From Eledone cirrhosa (lineage: Eukaryota): DNA of 64,000 nt. Positions within the stretch are counted from its first letter, which is position 1; each line of letters starts with the position of its first letter. A program made the translations under genes and the position numbers. The stretch spans positions 682,001-746,000 of the forward strand of contig OZ024742.1 of assembly GCA_964016885.1 (NCBI GenBank), in the 5' to 3' direction. This document shows positions 60,701 to 64,000 of this stretch, in pieces. The notes under the pieces are model-generated. The model had not been told where the DNA came from. It was given only the letters and a program-made list of their open reading frames with translations, and made no database searches.

Positions 60701-63700
60701 TAGTGGTAAAGGTGTTAGTGGAGATGTGTGGTTTAGTGGTAAAGGTGTTCTGTAGAGGTGTGTGGTCTAGTGGTAAAGGTGTTCTGCGGCGGTGTGTGGT
60801 CTAGTGGTAAAGGTGTTAGTGGAGGTGTGTGGTCTAGTGGTAAAGGTGTTCTGTAGAGGAGTGTGGTCTAGTGGTAAAGGTGTTCTGTGGCGGTGTGTGG
60901 TCTAGTGGTAAAGGCGTTCTGTGGAGGTGTGTGGTCTAGTGGTAAAGGTGTTAGTGGAGGTGTGTGGTTTAGTGGTAAAGGTGTTCTGTAGAGGTGTGTG
61001 GTCTAGTGGTAAATGTGTTCTGTGGAGGTGTGTGGTCTAGTGGTAAAGGTGTTAGTGGAGGTGTGTGGTCTAGTGGTAAAGGTGTTCTGTGGAGGTGTGT
61101 GATCTAGTGGTAAAGGTGTTAGTGGAGGTGTGTGGTCTAGTGGTAAAGGTGTTAGTGGAGGTGTGTGGTTTAGTGGTAAAGGTGTTCTGTAGAGGTGTGT
61201 GGTCTAGTGGTAAAGGTGTTCTGTGGTCTAGTGGTAAAGGTGTTAGTGGAGGTGTGTGGTCTAGTGGTAAAGGTGTTCTGTAGAGGTGTGTGGTCTAGTG
61301 GTAAAGGTGTGTGGTCTAGTGGTAAAGGTGTTAGTGGAGGTGTGTGGCCTAGTGGTAAAGGTGTTCTGTGGAGGTGTGTGGTCTAGTGGTAAAGGTGTTC
61401 TGTGGAGGTGTGTGGTCTAGTGGTAAAGGTGTTCTGTAGAGGTGTGTGGTCTAGTGGTATAGGTGTTAGTGGAGGTGTGTGGCCTAGTGGTAAAGGTGTT
61501 CTGTAGAGGTGTGTGGTCTAGTGGTATAGGTGTTCTGTGGAGGTGTGTGGTCTAGTGGTATCGGTGTTCTGTGGAGGTGTGTGGTCTAGTGGTAAAGGTG
61601 TTCTGTAGAGGTGTGTGGTCTAGTGGTAAAGGTGTTAGTGGAGGTGTGTGGTCTAGTGGTAAAGGTGTTCTGTAGAGGTTTGTGGTTTAGTGGTAAAGGT
61701 GTTCTGTGGAGGTGTGTGGTCTAGTGGTAAAGGTGTTCTTTGGAGGTGTGTGGTCTAGTGGTAAAGGTGTTAGTGGAGGTGTGTGGTCTAGTGGTAAAGG
61801 TGTTAGTGGAGGTGTGTGGTCTAGTGGTAAAGGTGTTCTGCAGAGGTGTGTGGTCTAGTGGTAAATGTGTTCTGTGGAGGTGTGTGGTCTAGTGGTAAAG
61901 GTGTTAGTGAAGGTGTGTGGTCTAGTGGTAAAGGTGTTAGTGGAGGTGTGTGGTCTAGTGGTAAAGGTGTTAGTAGAGGTGTGTGGTCTAGTGGTAAAAG
62001 TGTTCTGTGGAGTTGTGTGGTCTAGTGGTATAGGTGTTCTGTGGAGGTGTGTGGTCTAGTGGTATAGGTGTTCTGTGGAGGTGTGTGGTCTAGTGGTAAA
62101 GGTGTTAGTGGAGGTGTGTGGTCTAGTGGTAAAGGTGTTCTGTAGAGGTGTGTGGTCTAGAGGTAAAGGTGTTAGTGGAGGTGTGTGGTCTAGTGGTAAA
62201 GGTGTTAGTGGAGGTCTGTGGTCTAGTGGTAAAGGTGTTCTGTGTAGGTGTGTGGTCTAGTGGTAAAGGTGTTAGTGGATGTGTGTGGTCTAGTGGTAAA
62301 GGTGTTCTGTGGAGGTGTGTGGTCTAGTGGTAAATGTGTTAGTGGAGGTGTGTGGTCTAGTGGTAAAGGTGTTCTGTGTAGGTGTGTGGTCTAGTGGTAA
62401 AGGTGTTCGTGGAAGTGTGTGGTCTAGTGGTAAAGGTGTTCTGTGGAGGTGTGTGGTCTAGTGGTACAGGTGTTAGTGGAGGTGTGTGGTCTAGTGGTAA
62501 AGGTGTTCTGTGTAGGTGTGTGGTCTAGTGGTAAAGGTGTTAGTGGAGGTGTGTGGTCTAGTGGTAAAGGTGTTCTTTGGAGGTGTGTGGTCTAGTGGTA
62601 AAGGTGTTAGTGGAGGTATGTGGTCTAGTGGTAAAGGTGTTCTGTAGAGGTGTGTGGTCTAGTGGTAAAGGTGTTCTGTGGAGGTGTGTGGTCTAGTGGT
62701 AAAGGTGTTAGTGTGTGGTCTAGTGGTAAAGGTGTTCTGTGGTCTAGTGGTAAAGGTGTTAGTGTAGGTGTGTGGTCTAGTGGTAAAGGTGTTCTGTAGA
62801 GGTGTGTGGTCTAGTGGTAAAGGTGTGTGGTCTAGTGGTAAAGGTGTTAGTGGAGGTGTGTGGCCTAGTGGTAAAGGTGTTCTGTGGAGGTGTGTGGTCT
62901 AGTGGTAAAGGTGTTCTGTGGAGGCGTGTGGTCTAGTGGTAAAGGTGTTCTGTAGAGGTGTGTGGTCTAGTGGTATAGGTGTTAGTGGAGGTGTGTGGTC
63001 TAGTGGTAAAGGTGTTCTGTAGAGGTGTGTGGTCTAGTGGTATAGGTGTTCTGTGGAGGTGTGTGGTCTAGTGGTATTGGTGTTCTGTGGAGGTGTGTGG
63101 TCTAGTGGTAAAGGTGTTCTGTAGAGGTTTGTGGTCTAGTGGTAAAGGTGTTAGTGGAGGTGTGTGGTCTAGTGGTAAAGGTGTTCTGTAGAGGTTTGTG
63201 GTTTAGTGGTAAAGGTGTTCTGTGGAGGTGTGTGGTCTAGTGGTAAAGGTGTTCTTTGGAGGTGTGTGGTCTAGTAGTAAAGGTGTTAGTGGAGGTGTGT
63301 GGTCTAGTGGTAAAGGTGTTAGTGGAGGTGTGTGGTCTAGTGGTATAGGTGTTCTGTGGAGGTGTGTGGTCTAGTGGTATAGGTGTTCTGTGGAGGTGTG
63401 TGGTCTAGTGGTAAAGGTGTTAGTGGAGGTGTGTGGTCTAGTGGTAAAGGTGTTCTGTAGAGGTGTGTGGTCTAGAGGTAAAGGTGTTAGTGGAGGTGTG
63501 TGGTCTAGTGGTAAAGGTGTTAGTGGAGGTCTGTGGTCTAGTGGTAAAGGTGTTCTGTGTAGGTGTGTGGTCTAGTGGTAAAGGTGTTAGTGGATGTGTG
63601 TGGTCTAGTGGTAAAGGTGTTCTGTGGAGGTGTGTGGTCTAGTGGTAAAGGTGTTAGTGGAGGTGTGTGGTCTAGTGGTAAAGGTGTTCTGTGTAGGTGT

Positions 63701-64000
63701 GTGGTCTAGTGGTAAAGGTGTTCTGTGTAGGTGTGTGGTTTAGTGGTAAAGGTGTTAGTGGAGGTGTGTGGTCTAGTGGTAAAGGTGTTCTGTGTAGGTG
63801 TGTGGTCTAGTGGTAAAGGTGTTCTGTGTAGGTGTGTGGTCTAGTGGTAAAGGTGTTAGTGGAGGTGTGTGGTCTAGTGGTAAAGGTGTTCTGTGTAGGT
63901 GTGTGGTCTAGTGGTAAAGGTGTTAGTGGAGGTGTGTGGTCTAGTGGTAAAGGTGTAAGTGGAGGTGTGTGGTCTAGTGGTAAAGGTGTTCTGTAGAGGT
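36741..64000. repeat. 33/34-bp satellite, more than 27 kb and about 800 units, running off the window end, with multi-kb higher-order duplications
   Basis: Unit GGAGGTGTGTGGTCTAGTGGTAAAGGTGTT(CTGT/AGT). Identical ORF sets are offset by 1045, 5194 and 7438 bp. Confidence 0.98.

Noticed and set aside
36987-63575. Many short Val/Gly-rich ORFs
   Set aside because: Artefacts of the 33/34-bp satellite.

Overview
Eukaryotic genomic DNA, about three quarters tandem repeat. The RTE LINE, tRNA-derived SINEs and (TA)n/(CA)n context suggest an octopus or other cephalopod; this is inference. The window lies inside a minus-strand class IX myosin (Myo9) gene. Nine GT-AG exons join in frame from the loop-2 insert of the motor domain to the first IQ motifs, and a few further candidate exons are unresolved. 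Almost all ORFs in the supplied track are repeat artefacts. The introns hold distinct minisatellites (48, 40, 47-48, 27, 35, 48, 20 and 33/34 bp units), two RTE LINE fragments, a decayed mariner, a non-autonomous Helitron, TTAA-type MITEs and SINEs. Main observations: (1) a Penelope-like inverted-repeat insertion carries two copies of a complete type I hammerhead ribozyme with a U3-A8 compensatory core, and a second, older inverted element has minimal hammerhead remnants; (2) a 13-kb array of a 20-bp unit starts exactly at, and reiterates, an exon's 5' splice site; (3) a satellite of more than 27 kb appears built from a SINE head and its Pol III A box; (4) several satellites can be traced to short pieces of mobile elements present in the same window.
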